DNA from: Octopus sinensis
Lineage: Eukaryota
Reading direction: 5' to 3'
NCBI RefSeq assembly: GCF_006345805.1
Contig: NC_042999.1
Location: 44,144,001 to 44,208,000, forward strand
Length of the DNA stretch: 64,000 nt
Under the pieces are notes generated by a model. It ran no database searches and was not told the origin of the DNA. It saw only the letters and a list, made by a program, of their open reading frames with translations. Made by a program: the position numbers and the translations under genes. This document shows, in pieces, positions 37,791 through 49,685 of the stretch. Positions within the stretch are counted from its first letter, which is position 1; every line of letters starts with the position of its first letter.

Positions 37791-38583
37791 ATACCTTGTA
37801 TCATTTACTTGTTTCTGTTACTTGACTGCAACCATGATGGAACTCTGCCCTGAAGGTTTTAGTCCAGTCATGGGCAAACTGCAGATTGTGGGACTTTCTA
37901 AATTACCTTAAATTTTTTTAGTGGTGCAGCCAGCCTGATGCTAAGCCATGTCTTATTTGGTTCACTTCACAAATAACAGTTGCCTGTGCATGGTATGGTT
38001 GAACAAATTGACCCTAGAACTTATTTTTTTAAGTCTGGTACTTATTTTATTAGTCTCTTTTGCCAAACTGCTAAGTTATAGGGACATAAACCAACACTAG
38101 TTGTCCAGTGGTGAGCGGGAGATATACAGAAAAAAAAGGGTTAAAGGTGATTTCATTGATATTTCTAGCAATTCATGTGACCACATAGAGGCTTCACTTT
38201 GCTTCAGATCTGACTAAGAATTTGGAAGAGGCAACAGGAAACTATTGCAGCACCTTGAATCACTAAGTAAAAGTGAGGTTTTCAATGGAGCTTCTGATCC
38301 TTCAAGATTATGTAACAACTTTATATGATCTAGGAAATACATGTACATAGTGAATTTCTCAGATGAGTATCTTATACCCATGTTAATTTTTTTTTTTTTA
38401 TCAGTTTTATGTCCTTTCTACTATGCTAACATGGGTTAAATGAATATATTACTGAGATTTTGTTTTTTCACACTTAGACACACTTTCTGTCATTAACCCA
38501 TACCTCGAGTAAAGGTTCACTCATCTTCAAAGATACAAAGCCAGTGAACAATGTGTTGACGGAACATATAACACTGTCACTGT

Positions 38584-38780
38584 GAAAGGCGGCAAGCTGG
38601 CAGAATCGTTAGCACGCCAGGTGAAATGCTTACTGGTATTTTGTCTGCTGCTACGTTCTGAGTTCAAATTCTGCCAATGTCAACTTTGCCTTTCATCCTT
38701 TCTGGGTCGATTAAATAAGTACCAGCTACGCACTGGGGTCGATGTAATCGACTTAGTCCCTTTGTCTGTCATTGTTTGTC
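38584..38780 (+). mobile_element. SINE family B, full length
   Basis: ggcggcaagctggcagaatcgttagcacg head ... gatgtaatcgactta tail. Confidence 0.85.
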
Positions 38781-39134
38781 CCTTCTAACACTGTCACTGC
38801 TTGTAGGTAAATGATTTTTAGAAATGTACAAATGCAAACAATCATGGACTCCCGTGTGCACACATATATGCATCTATCTATCTGTATTTAGATATATATA
38901 CGTACATATCAGGAAAAGGCAAAAGAGGGGACAGGAAGTAGCAGTAACTCAAACAAAGAAAGACAACATTGATAGCCAAAAGTGCATCCATGGTACAAAA
39001 AGAACAGTGAAAAGTAAAAGAGCCAGAGAGTGGAAAAGGTGCATAGGCACGTCTGGAGTGGTATTGGCAAATTTGGGGAAGCATGAAATTTTTGAAGGAT
39101 GCAATGTCCTGACAGTTACTAACTGCTATGACAA

Positions 39135-39656
39135 TTCATCATCATCATTTCACTTCCACTTTCCATGCCAGCATGGGTTGGACGATTTGACTGACGACTG
39201 GCAAACCAGTTGGCTGCACCAGGCTCCAATCTGATCAGGCAGGGTTTCTACAGCTGGATGCCCTCCCTAATGCCAACCACTCTGAGAGTGTAGTGGGTGC
39301 TTTTACGTGCCACCAGCACCAGGGCTAGTCAGGCGGTACTGGCAACGGCCACACTTGGATGGTGCTCTTAGCGCTCCACTAGCACGGATGCCAGTCATCG
39401 AATTTGATTTCAATTTCACTTGCCTCAACAGGTCTTCGCAAGCAGAGTTTAGTGTCCAATGAAGGAAAGATACGCATAAGTGAGCTGGTTAGACCCCTGG
39501 CATAGGCCACAAGGTTATGGTCACACTTGGCTTGCTGAGTGTTCTCAAGCACAGCATATTTCCAAAGGTCTCGGTCACTAGTCATTGCCTCAGTGAGGCT
39601 TGATGTTTGAAGGTCATGCTTCATCACTTCATCACAGGTCTTCCTGGGTCTACCTT
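39135..39656 (-). mobile_element. 5'-truncated RTE LINE
   Basis: (CAT)n tail; ORF2 end GRPRKTCDEVMKHDL...AVLENTQQAK homologous to 50571-50700. Confidence 0.85.
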
Positions 39657-39699
39657 TTTCATGGTCACAAAAATGGTTTCTGAAAGTCATAAGTATTGT

Positions 39700-40760
39700 G
39701 CTGGTTTTTCATTTGCTGAAACACCATTGATAATAAATATGCTTGGTCAAACTTTCTGGGCTTTTATTTTTACAAGCATATCCATGGTTATCAGATATAT
39801 CAAATTCAAAAATGTGGCCAAAACTGTTATTGGGAAAATGGTGGATGATCTTGTGGGCTCCTACATTTACTGCAAGACAAAAGCTTTAGTGTGTCAACGT
39901 CCAGAGAAGCAAGATGTTCAAGATATGGTAAGTGACTGAAGGAATGTATTTATCTGGCTACACATCTCTAGACAGCTTCCAATAGTTTGATATTCTGACT
40001 AGAATAGGATTTCCAGACTAGAAATTTAACTTGTGAGAACATACCACAGGCATAAATAGCCAGGGAGTGGATGACAAAGATCTGAAGAATGCAAAGATAT
40101 CTTAAGGTTTTTTCAAAGATTTTAGAAAAGTAGTTCATACAATGTAGTTCATTGACAATAATGCTTAAGCCACTTTTACTAGCAGACTTCTCAAGGTTGG
40201 TGTTGTGGAGGAAGTAATTTTAGGTGATTCTTTCCAAAATTGTATGGTATGATGAATCCTGAAATTTACTTGTTAACGGTCAACTTGAGTAGTCAATCAA
40301 CAATCCGTTGCCACATTGTGACCAGGTCAGATTACACAAAAGATCTATAGCATTCATTCTTTCTATCTCAAGGTACAGCTTAATGTCATTTGCATATTTT
40401 AAAACAGCAACATGTTTAAAGTTGGTTTCTGTTTCTTTAATATATGCTACAAAACACATGGGACCAAGAGGAGATCCCTGCAGGACAACAAATATCATTA
40501 CAAAAGATGCAGAATGTTGTCCTAGCACAGTGACTACCATTTTTTGACTGAGAATGGACTTAGAGTTATAAAAATTAGACCTCACACTCATTCCAGATCA
40601 TTTCATCATGAGTCCTTTGTGTGACACAGTATTCTAGGCTTTGCCAAAGTCAAGATAGATAAAATCCACCCAACATCTGCAATCTGTGATTTAAGGAGTT
40701 GTCTTTGAGAAGGTTGATGAGTTGGCCACAACAGCTGGAGTTAGGGATAATTCCAAATGA
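39700..40760 (-). pseudogene. Degenerate CR1-clade LINE RT
   Basis: VDFIYLDFGKA, VVTVLGQHS...LQGSPLGP, LKYANDIKLYLEI; same family as the 60.1 kb copy. Confidence 0.85.
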
Positions 40761-40857
40761 TAGGAAAGAGAAACAATGATTGAAATGAGAGGGTGATAGA
40801 GGAATAAGCAATGGAAGAAAATTTTGTTGTATTTCAGGAGACTCATTATGCCAGTAA

Positions 40858-41277
40858 TCTCTATATATAAACGGCAGTTTGTCTGTCTGTGTGGCTGTCA
40901 GGTTGTACCCTCACCCTGACCATGGCTTTCAACCGATTCTGATGAAACTTGACACACACATAGCCCAAAGTCATAATTCAAAACTAACGCAGCGAAAATT
41001 TTGAAAAGTTCCCCCAATTCTGAAAAAAATCAATAAATTCGACATGGGGTCCAGAACCTAAGCTTTTCATATGCAACACATTTTCTGTTGTAGTTTTCGC
41101 ATCTTGCAATCGGGAGACAGCTAGGAACATTGTATACATAGAAGTATTTGAGTGAAGAGAAGACATTGCAACCTACACATGCGCCTTCATTCCCTAGAGG
41201 GAAAGAACTAGATTGGGATTAGTCGTTGCCTACTAGGGGCTCTTACATACCCGGGCAACGCCGGGCTATGCTGCTAG
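40858..41277 (+). mobile_element. Non-autonomous Helitron (420 bp)
   Basis: A|TC 5' end, CCCGG-GCAACG-CCGGG subterminal hairpin (41250-41265), CTAG|T 3' end, no TSD. Confidence 0.9.
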
Positions 41278-42936
41278 TATACAATATACATTAGTTCAGT
41301 TTCACTTTTATTATTATTATTAGTCAACTGGTTAATCATTTAACGAATTAACTAATTATATGGTCAATCAGTTAAATTCATCAAAGTTCTTTAATCACCA
41401 TTCACAGCCTCATCAATGACATGCTCTCTGTATTCTAGGCCTGCTTCAGGTCTCAATCAACAAAATGTGTGAACACATGAGCTCACATCATGATACAAAG
41501 CCACATGTTTTAAAATTCTATTTGAATTTAATCCTTTGTGCTAGTTTTATTTACAAGCATTTTACTGTATCCAAACATCAGCTTAATGATAAAGTAACTT
41601 TATTATACACCTCAAAATTCTTTATTTTCAAAATTAATTGAAACCTAAGCAACTACTCTGTCTCTGTAACAATCATACAATTATATCTTGAAACCTGTGC
41701 ATTTGGATAAGTTTGTATGCTGTGGGGAGGCAAAAATACATTTGGAATTGATTTGAGAAAGAAATTCTGTATAATGTCTCTTCTTTAATAGCTATAACAA
41801 TTAATGTGAGACAGTTGACCTACAAATAGCCAAGTCTTTCCAAGGGTAGCCAGTACACCTGGAAAATACATAAAAAAATCAAATTCTCTCTTTCTCTCTC
41901 TCTACTTTCTATCTAGTTGCTAAGTAATAGTCAAAATTATCTCTTCAATGACCTCCTCTGCACACCACCTCAGTACTAAGCAATTAACTAAATGGAGCCA
42001 GCAAATGAATCACTCATAAGAAAAGTGTTTGCTCTTGACATCCTGTCTTTTAAGTATGTAACACTTGGTTGACACACTTGAAGTGTTTGCTGATTTGCTG
42101 TGTAACTTACACCAGACTAGATAAGTACAAGCATTTATAAAGATTTTTTTAAAAATTAAACAAATATCCAAATTAATATTAATAATACATTGAAATTAAT
42201 TTGGTTATGTTTGATTTTTTTGTTCCTTATTTTTTTTTTAACTTTCCTTCCTTTGTTAATGTTACATTTTGTGTGTGATCCTATGTTCAATAACAACCAT
42301 ATTTTTGGCATAAAGTCAGCATAATATATAGTGTAAATGTTCCCACATCATCCCAATTTTTCCAAATCCTGCAGCATTTTACATGGAATATTTGATCTTC
42401 CAAAGTCATCTAGGTTTAAATATTAACTTAAATTTTTTATGGCTGAAAAATTTGACTTGCATGCTAAAAAATATGATACTCAGTTTTTTATTTTATTGTC
42501 CATAATACTCCAGAATTTCATAACCCAGTTGTAAAATTTGAGTTTGTTATATGTTGCCAAACATATCTTGTACATTTTTTCTCTTGTAGCTCATTTTTAA
42601 ATATTTCTTTTGTTGATTTCCAATTTTTCTTTTTATTAAACTGTTGAAATGTATTTTGAAATTTACTGATTTTGTAATATTTGAAAGCAAAATTTAGTTC
42701 AGTATATCCATGTCTGAATTCATTACAATTTAAGAGGAAAGGAATCCTTAACAATCATGTTCCTTTTGATATCACAATTTCTGCCTTATGGCTGAATACT
42801 GGGCCTTCTGTTATATTATTTAATTATTTGGGATAAAGCAGTGAGCTGGCAGAACCATTAGCACACCTGACAAAGGAAATTAGCAGCATTTCTTCCAGCT
42901 CCTTATGCTCTGAGTTCAAATGCTGCCAAAGTTGAC

Positions 42937-43540
42937 GGATCTTTTCCTTTTGAATGGCACATATCAACACAATTTCTAGTTAACTAAACACTTTAAAACT
43001 TCGTATACTGGTAGAATGTGTCAAAATAAAACATTTTTTTCTCTTGGCTTTCTTGATAAAATTATAATTCGTTTGTTTAACGTAGTTTAATTTTTCGAAT
43101 TTTAACCAATCCTATGCCCTCTTTTGAGCTAAAATCATTTGCTGTGTCTAAAACTGAGACAACATCCTGTCACTAACCCTAACCCTAACCCTCACCCTAA
43201 CCCTAAATTTTAGCCTTTCGGGTTTTTTTTCTTAATTGTTAAATTAATTTAAGGATAACAATTAAGAAAAAAAAATTAAAGGCTAAAATTTGGGGTTAAG
43301 GTTAGTGACAGGATGTCGTCTCAGTTTTAGACACAGCAAATGATTTTAGCTCACTAGAGGCAATTCATTGGTTAAAATTCGAAAAATTAAACTACGTTAA
43401 ACAAACAAATTACAATTTTCTCAAGAAAGCCAAGAGAAAAAAATGTTTTATTTTGACACATTCTACCAGTATACGAAGTTTTAAAGTGTTTAGTTAACTA
43501 GAAATTGTGTTGACATGTGCCATTCAAAAGGAAAAGATCC
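42937..43540. mobile_element. 604-bp fold-back DNA element (long TIRs, 8-bp TSD) inserted in a family B SINE
   Basis: AAGTTGAC at 42929-42936 and 43541-43548; GGATCTTTTCC...GGAAAAGATCC termini; arms of about 300 bp, 16-nt spacer. Confidence 0.92.
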
Positions 43541-44550
43541 AAGTTGACATTACTATTTATCATGTAGGAGTTGATTAAATAAGTACCAGTTTAGCACTGG
43601 AGTCAATGTTATTGACTTCTCCTCCAATCAAAATTTAATATCTGCCATTGAATAAGTAATAAATATCAGTACAGTAAAATATTTGACATTGAATTCAAAC
43701 TGAAGTATCTATTATATATTGCTGAAAGCCTTCAGGAGAAACTACTTTGTATAATGTACAAGAAAGAAAAATAGAATAAAAAGATGATCCATTGTTGGTT
43801 ACCACACTGAACTGATTTATAATAAACCTTTTAACCTTTTGATAAGGATTTAAAGTAAAAGATTAAGATTAATATAGAGATTTTGAAGTATTTATTTACA
43901 CTCAAAGTTGTTACCAGTGATCATAGATAACTGACTTAGTATCCAACACTTCAGCATAAATCAAGAAATCTGCAAATGACCTCAGCATCAAGGAAGGATG
44001 ATTGAAAGAACCACCCTCCCAGCTGTGAGGTCATAACTTGGGATCCCATGGTACCAGTGCTGGTTTCTGTCATCTAACTAAACAGCAAACAAATTCAGGT
44101 GAAGCTGTTGCAGTATTGAAATAGCCTAAGAATTAAATCTAGGTTCACCAGGATTATATTACCTTTACTTAGGTATTTAACTTCTACAGAGATTAAAGTA
44201 TTTCAAAAACCAATATTCATGCTACAACATAGATAGAGCCCTAACCTTTGGAACATGCATTGAGTCAAAACAGGGGCAGCTGATGAAGGGGAATATTTTT
44301 TGTATTGTTTGTCTTGCACTCTGTTTTTTCGTTGTTAAAAAAGAGTCCGTTTCCTTGTTTGATTTTATGTTTTCGTTTCTCGTTGTGTTCTACATTTATT
44401 TGTTGTGTCCTGTACCCATATATGCATGTATATATACATATAGATGTAGGTATGTACATATATGTATGTATGTATGTATGCATATGTTTTATTTATTAAA
44501 TTGTTATTATTGTTATTATGTTTTATTAATTAAATTGTTATTATATATAT

Positions 44551-44957
44551 CTGCCGTCTGCCAGCCTCGTCTGGAACCTGTGTCGGTGGCACATAAAAAG
44601 CACCATCCGAGCGTGGCCATCTGCCAGCCTCGTCTGGCACCTGTGTCAGTGGCACATAGAAAACACCATCCGAGCGTGGCCATCTGCCAGCCTCGTCTGG
44701 CACCTGTGTCGGTGGCACATAAAAAAACACCATTCGAGCATGACCGTCTGCCAGCCTCGTCTGGCACCTGTGTCAGTGGCACATAAAATCACCCACTACA
44801 CTCTCGGAGTGGTTGGCGTTAGGAAGGGCATCCAGCTGTAGAAACACTGCCAGATCTGACTGGCCTGGTGCAGCCTTCGGGCTTGCCAGACCCCAGTTGA
44901 ACCGTCCAACCCATGCTAGCATGGAAAGCGGACGTTAAACGATGATGATGATGATGA
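44551..44957 (+). mobile_element. RTE 3' UTR fragment with about 3.5 copies of a 63-bp tandem unit
   Basis: Units start at 44553, 44616, 44679 and 44743; ends ...gttaaacgatgatgatg. Confidence 0.9.
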
Positions 44958-45342
44958 TATATGTATATATATATATATATATAACTTCATGGCCTCATTA
45001 ACATAAAATCTACATATAGGCAGTGGGTGGATTAATTTATTAATATCAATATTTTATGATTTTTAACAAGAAAATTGTTTTAGCTGCAAACTATTGTCTA
45101 TATTTAGTGACAAGATGTAACATTACTACTACTACTACTTGCACCACCACAAGTACCTATACCCTGCTGTAAAATCAACTATAACAAATTCTTTACTATC
45201 TTTAAACAAATTCTTTACTATCTTTAAGCAAAAATTCTTTACTATCTTTAAGCAAAAGTTTTACTTTTAAAGATCATGATGATCTTTAAAAGTAAAAACT
45301 CTTGCTTGAATTTCTACATCTTAGAATCTTCTTCTACCTTAA

Positions 45343-45562
45343 CCCTTTAGCTATCAGATTTCTTTGTAAAATGCAATGCACATTTATTCACATTGATTTG
45401 AATTAGTCATGCTTTACCTTAGAGCTGTGAGATTTCAATGACCTGATTGCGTATTTTCAGAATAACATTGTAAGTTAAGTGTGAAAGGCTGGATCTCACC
45501 AGTTTGATGATAAAACAGGTAGATTATTTTATGTGGATATAGCCAGTTTAAATGATAAGGGG
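45343..45562. mobile_element. piggyBac-type MITE, family 1
   Basis: TTAA|CCCTTTAG ... TAAGGGG|TTAA. Confidence 0.85.
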
Positions 45563-46712
45563 TTAAACCTTCAGGCTCATGAAGCCAGAGCTTGTTCAGA
45601 TTTTCAAGCTATTTAGGTTGAGAGCACCACACTACCTCATTTCACACCTGAATGCTTTGTTAATCTTCCTAGGTGCCACTGATATTCATTTTCAACTGAA
45701 TGTATTGGAACAACATGAAATGCTTTGCCTTGCTCAGAGATACTGCATATTGCCTCATCTGAGAGCTAATTATCACGAGCCCAACACCCTAACTGTTGAG
45801 CCATATGCCTTCACAAAGTTTAGAATAACAACAATAACAACAATTCTTGGTAGAGTCAAGAGAGAAAAAAATTTCTGAGCTTTCAAGTTAATGTAAAGCA
45901 TTAAACTTAGAAGGGTATTTATGAAATATTGAACCAAGGTTATTTTGTTTCTGATGTCATGATGAAAGGCATAATTTAAAACTCTTTTATGAGGGTGAGA
46001 ATAAGCATGAATTTAGATAACCAAGTTCAAGAGTTCTATTTTGATCTCCATATATACAAAAATAAACATGTTCATTGTTATTATACATTGCCTGCAAACA
46101 AATATTGAACTGTCCTTTCTCTAAAATATGTAAATTAATTATTTTACTACATGAAATTATCTTCTCTCTTCTTTGAGAGTCACAAAAAATTTTAAATAGA
46201 AATACAAAATGCAAAATATTCTAAATTAAAATTTCTTTCACAGAGAAGAACCTAGCAGCAATTTTTAACAATTTTAGATAAGATAAGAGTCTGACCTTTG
46301 TATACAAGTAAAAGACAACCATGAACATATTTCAGTCTATTGAATTTCCTCAGTATTACTTTCATAGATTTTTATATTTCTCATAATTAATTTTATTTTC
46401 AATGATACAAATGACTGTCTTGGCCAAAAATTATTTGTCACTCAAACTGACCTAGTGCTTATTTTAAAGTTGGTATTTGTCCTATCATTCTTTTTTCTTG
46501 GACTGCTCAGTTACAGAGGTATAAACAAACCAACTCCAGTTATAAATCATTGGAGATACAAATTCAAAGATATTTGGACACACACATAAAAATATAAAAA
46601 TACACAATCAAGGTCCTTCCTGAGCCTTAGGCTCATAAGGCCAGTTCCTAGAGTCTGTGGCATATACTCTTTTCCTCTGGATGGGACACCAGTCCATTGC
46701 AAATGTGTATAT

Positions 46713-46754
<42 letters not shown>

Positions 46755-47112
46755 CTCTTTACTTGTTTCAGTCATTTGACTGTGGCATGCTGGAGCACTG
46801 CCTTTAGTCGAGCAAATCAACCCAAGGACTTATTCTTTGTAAGCCTAGTACTTATTCTATCGGTCTCTTTTGCCGAACCGCTGAGCTACAGGGATGTAAA
46901 CACACCAGCATCGGTTGTCAAGCAATGTTGGGGGGGGGGGACAAACATAGACACGCAAACATATACACACCCATACATACATACATATATATATATTTAT
47001 ATATATAATAGCAAAGGGTAAAATTAAATAATTAAGAAATAATCAGTAATTTCACCAAGTAGAATTCGGCATGAAAAAGACCATTTCATGGTAAGTTTAA
47101 GTAATACTTTAT

Positions 47113-47483
47113 AATTAGGGTTCAGCAAAGATTTGCTTCACCACATACCGAAGTTTAGAAATAGCAGTCAAAAAATCTTAGCTTTTCCTTCTACTTTAAA
47201 AGGGGTTCCCAGAAAAACCAAGGTACTTGAAAACAATCCACGCAGGCAAAAGGGAAAAATAACGAAAATCAATCGATATTAGGTTACCCAGGAAACACGC
47301 ATACGTGAGTAACCTAATATCGATTGATTTTCGTTATTTTTCCCTTTTCCCTGCGTGGATTGTTTTCAAGTACTTTGGTTTTTCTGGGAGCCCCTTTTAA
47401 AGTAGAAGGAATAGCTAAGATTTTTTGACTGCTATTTCTAAACTTGGGTATGTGGTGAAGCAAATCTTTGCTGAACCCTAATT
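47113..47483. repeat. Fold-back: 175-bp arms, 21-nt spacer, 5 mismatches
   Basis: 47113-47287 versus 47309-47483, compared by eye. Confidence 0.95.
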
Positions 47484-48378
47484 CATCATCATCATCATCG
47501 TTTAACGTCCGTTTTCTGCGCTAGCACGGGTTGGATAGTTCGACCAGGGTCTGGGAAGCCAGGGGCTGCACCAGGGTCCGGGAAGCCAGGGGCTGCACCA
47601 GGCTCCAGTCTGATCTGGCAGTGTTTCTACAGCTGGATGCCCTTCCTAACGCCAACCACTCTGCGAGTGTAGTGGGTGCTTTTTACGTGCCACTGGCACA
47701 GGTGCCAGGGGAGTCTGGCATCGGCCACGATCAGTTGGTGCTTTTAACGTGCCACCGGGACGGAAGCCAGTCAAGGTGGCGCTGGCATCGGCCACGTTCG
47801 GATGGTGCTTTTTATGTGCCACCGGCACAGAAGCCAGTCGAGGCGGCGCTGGCATCAGCTATGTTCGGATGGTGCTTTTTATGTGCCACCGGCACAGAAG
47901 CCAGTCGAGGCGGCACTGGCATTGGCCACGCTCGGATGGTGCTTTTTATGTGCCACCGGCACAGGTATCACAACTACTATTTCCATTGATATTTATTTCA
48001 ATGTTCATGTACTTGACTCAATAGGTCTCCTCAAGCATAGCGGGATGTTCTGGAATCCAAGGTACTTTGAATGTGCAGGGGCTATGCGGGACTGGTGCAG
48101 GAAGCAGCCCGGGTCTTTGCAGTCACAGCATATCTCTAGAGATCTCGGTCCTTCGTCATTGCCTCTGTGAGGCCCAACGCTCTGAGGTCATGCTTGACTA
48201 CCTCATCCCATGTCTTCCTGGGTCTACCTCTCCCCCTGATACCTTCAACTGTTTGGGAGCGGCACTTCTTCACACATCTCTTCTCATCCATCCGCAGTAC
48301 ATGACCATACCATCACAAGCGTCGCTCTTGCACACCACATCTGATGCTTTCTATGTCCAGCATTTCTCTCAGGGTGCT
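47484..48378 (-). mobile_element. 5'-truncated RTE LINE (variant 3' UTR)
   Basis: (CAT)n tail, five GTGCC-N3-GGCAC-type units, ORF2 C-terminal homology at 48170-48378. Confidence 0.88.
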
Positions 48379-48406
48379 TATAAAGTATATTTATGCTTAT
48401 AAAGTA

Positions 48407-48441
<35 letters not shown>

Positions 48442-48617
48442 ATAAATATTAGGGAATAAATCCAAATTTACAGGGAAAAAAATCAGATTTAGGATTAAAT
48501 CCAATTTTATAGTAAAATATTATAAAATATTATTAGAGACAAAACCACTATTTTGCAAAACAAACAAGGAAAGTCTTAATCAATACATAAAATTTTAATA
48601 AATAGTCAAAAAAACCG

Positions 48618-48660
48618 CCACTACAATTGTTTCTTGTCTTGATCGACAATCTTCAGGTGG
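48618..48660 (-). ncRNA. Mirror copy of the same hammerhead ribozyme
   Basis: Left arm of the perfect fold-back. Confidence 0.8.
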
Positions 48661-48737
48661 ACTTCCAATTTACAAGTCAGTTTCAAATTATGAAGTTTAT
48701 GACTTCATAATTTGAAACTGACTTGTAAATTGGAAGT

Positions 48738-48780
48738 CCACCTGAAGATTGTCGATCAAGACAAGAAACAATTGTAGTGG
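48738..48780 (+). ncRNA. Minimal type I hammerhead ribozyme (Penelope-like-element type)
   Basis: ccac-CTGAAGA-ttgtc(gatcaa)gacaa-GAAA-caattg-TA-gtgg: intact core, 5-bp stem II, palindromic stem III, 4-bp stem I, GUA cleavage triplet. Confidence 0.8.
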
Positions 48781-48867
48781 CGGTTTTTTTGACTATTTAT
48801 TAAAATTTTATGTATTGATTAAGACTTTCCTTGTTTGTTTTGCAAAATAGTGGTTTTGTCTCTAATA

Positions 48868-48910
<43 letters not shown>

Positions 48911-49685
48911 CGGGTTTCTTTCAATTTCCATCTACCAAATCCACTCACAAGGCTTTGGTCAGCCCAAGGCTATAGTAAAAGACACTTGCTCAAGGTACTG
49001 CGCAGTGGGACTGAACCTGGAACCATGTGGTTGATAAGCAAGCTACTTACCACACAGCCATTCCTGCGCCTATATATATATATAACTAGGTCACTACTCT
49101 CAATTATTCCTCCAACCTCACTTAATATAATTTCTACTAAGCTCTAAATTCTTGTAGATTCGACATTACATTGACTATTTTTCTAAACTCATTCTGCCAA
49201 AGACATAGCAGCAGAATCAATGTAAATATTTGAGCTCCATCGATGATACGAATATGTTACAGCTGTTGGTTTGTCCTTTGTGCTTGATGTCTATGTGGTC
49301 ATCTGATGAAAATGCTTTCTTTGCAATGATGTAATGTTTTCATTGATTAATTAAAGGAGTCACTTGAAACAGCTGTAAAGAATTGAACATCTGTACATCT
49401 TTGTTGCTCCTTTATATTTTATTCACCTACCCTGGAATCTGCACTTCGGAAATTTTATAGAAAGTATTTTTGTATTTTTATATAAAGTACATGTCTGAAC
49501 AACCAAGTGCGGATCTCTTCATTAAGTTGGGTCATGTTATCTGCATACACTGCAAGAATATCAAGTGCAAACACTTTTGTACAAAGTTTGATATTCACCT
49601 GATATTGTTTGGGTATGCAAATAAGATTGACCTAACAAGGTGCCTCAATTTAAGTACCTAATTCAACTGAATCTTAATTATATAT

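Larger units (their letters stand above)
48521..48877. repeat. Perfect fold-back: 176-bp arms, 5-nt spacer, flanked by (TA)n
   Basis: 48521-48696 is the reverse complement of 48702-48877. Confidence 0.95.
46755..49070 (-). mobile_element. Family A SINE split by about 1.9 kb of nested insertions in its internal (TA)n
   Basis: Tail half at 46755-46975, head half at 48910-49070, same orientation. Confidence 0.85.

Noticed and set aside
42250-42760. Protein-like - strand reading frames
   Set aside because: Interrupted by stops, no consistent splice sites and no recognisable domain.
43173-43206. Telomere or chromosome-fusion scar
   Set aside because: Only about 5.5 units, and they lie inside a TSD-flanked element.
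44255-44330. CTGATGA at 44280 as a hammerhead core
   Set aside because: No GAAA or closing stems in any permutation I could build.
44553-44790. 63-bp tandem repeats as a CRISPR-like array, or track ORF 44283-44786 with 21-aa repeats as a real repeat protein
   Set aside because: There are no unique spacers; the units are the RTE 3' UTR repeat and the ORF is a by-product of a 3n unit length.
47040-47105. Hammerhead-like spacing on the - strand beside the 47.1 kb fold-back
   Set aside because: The core residues are too degenerate to call.
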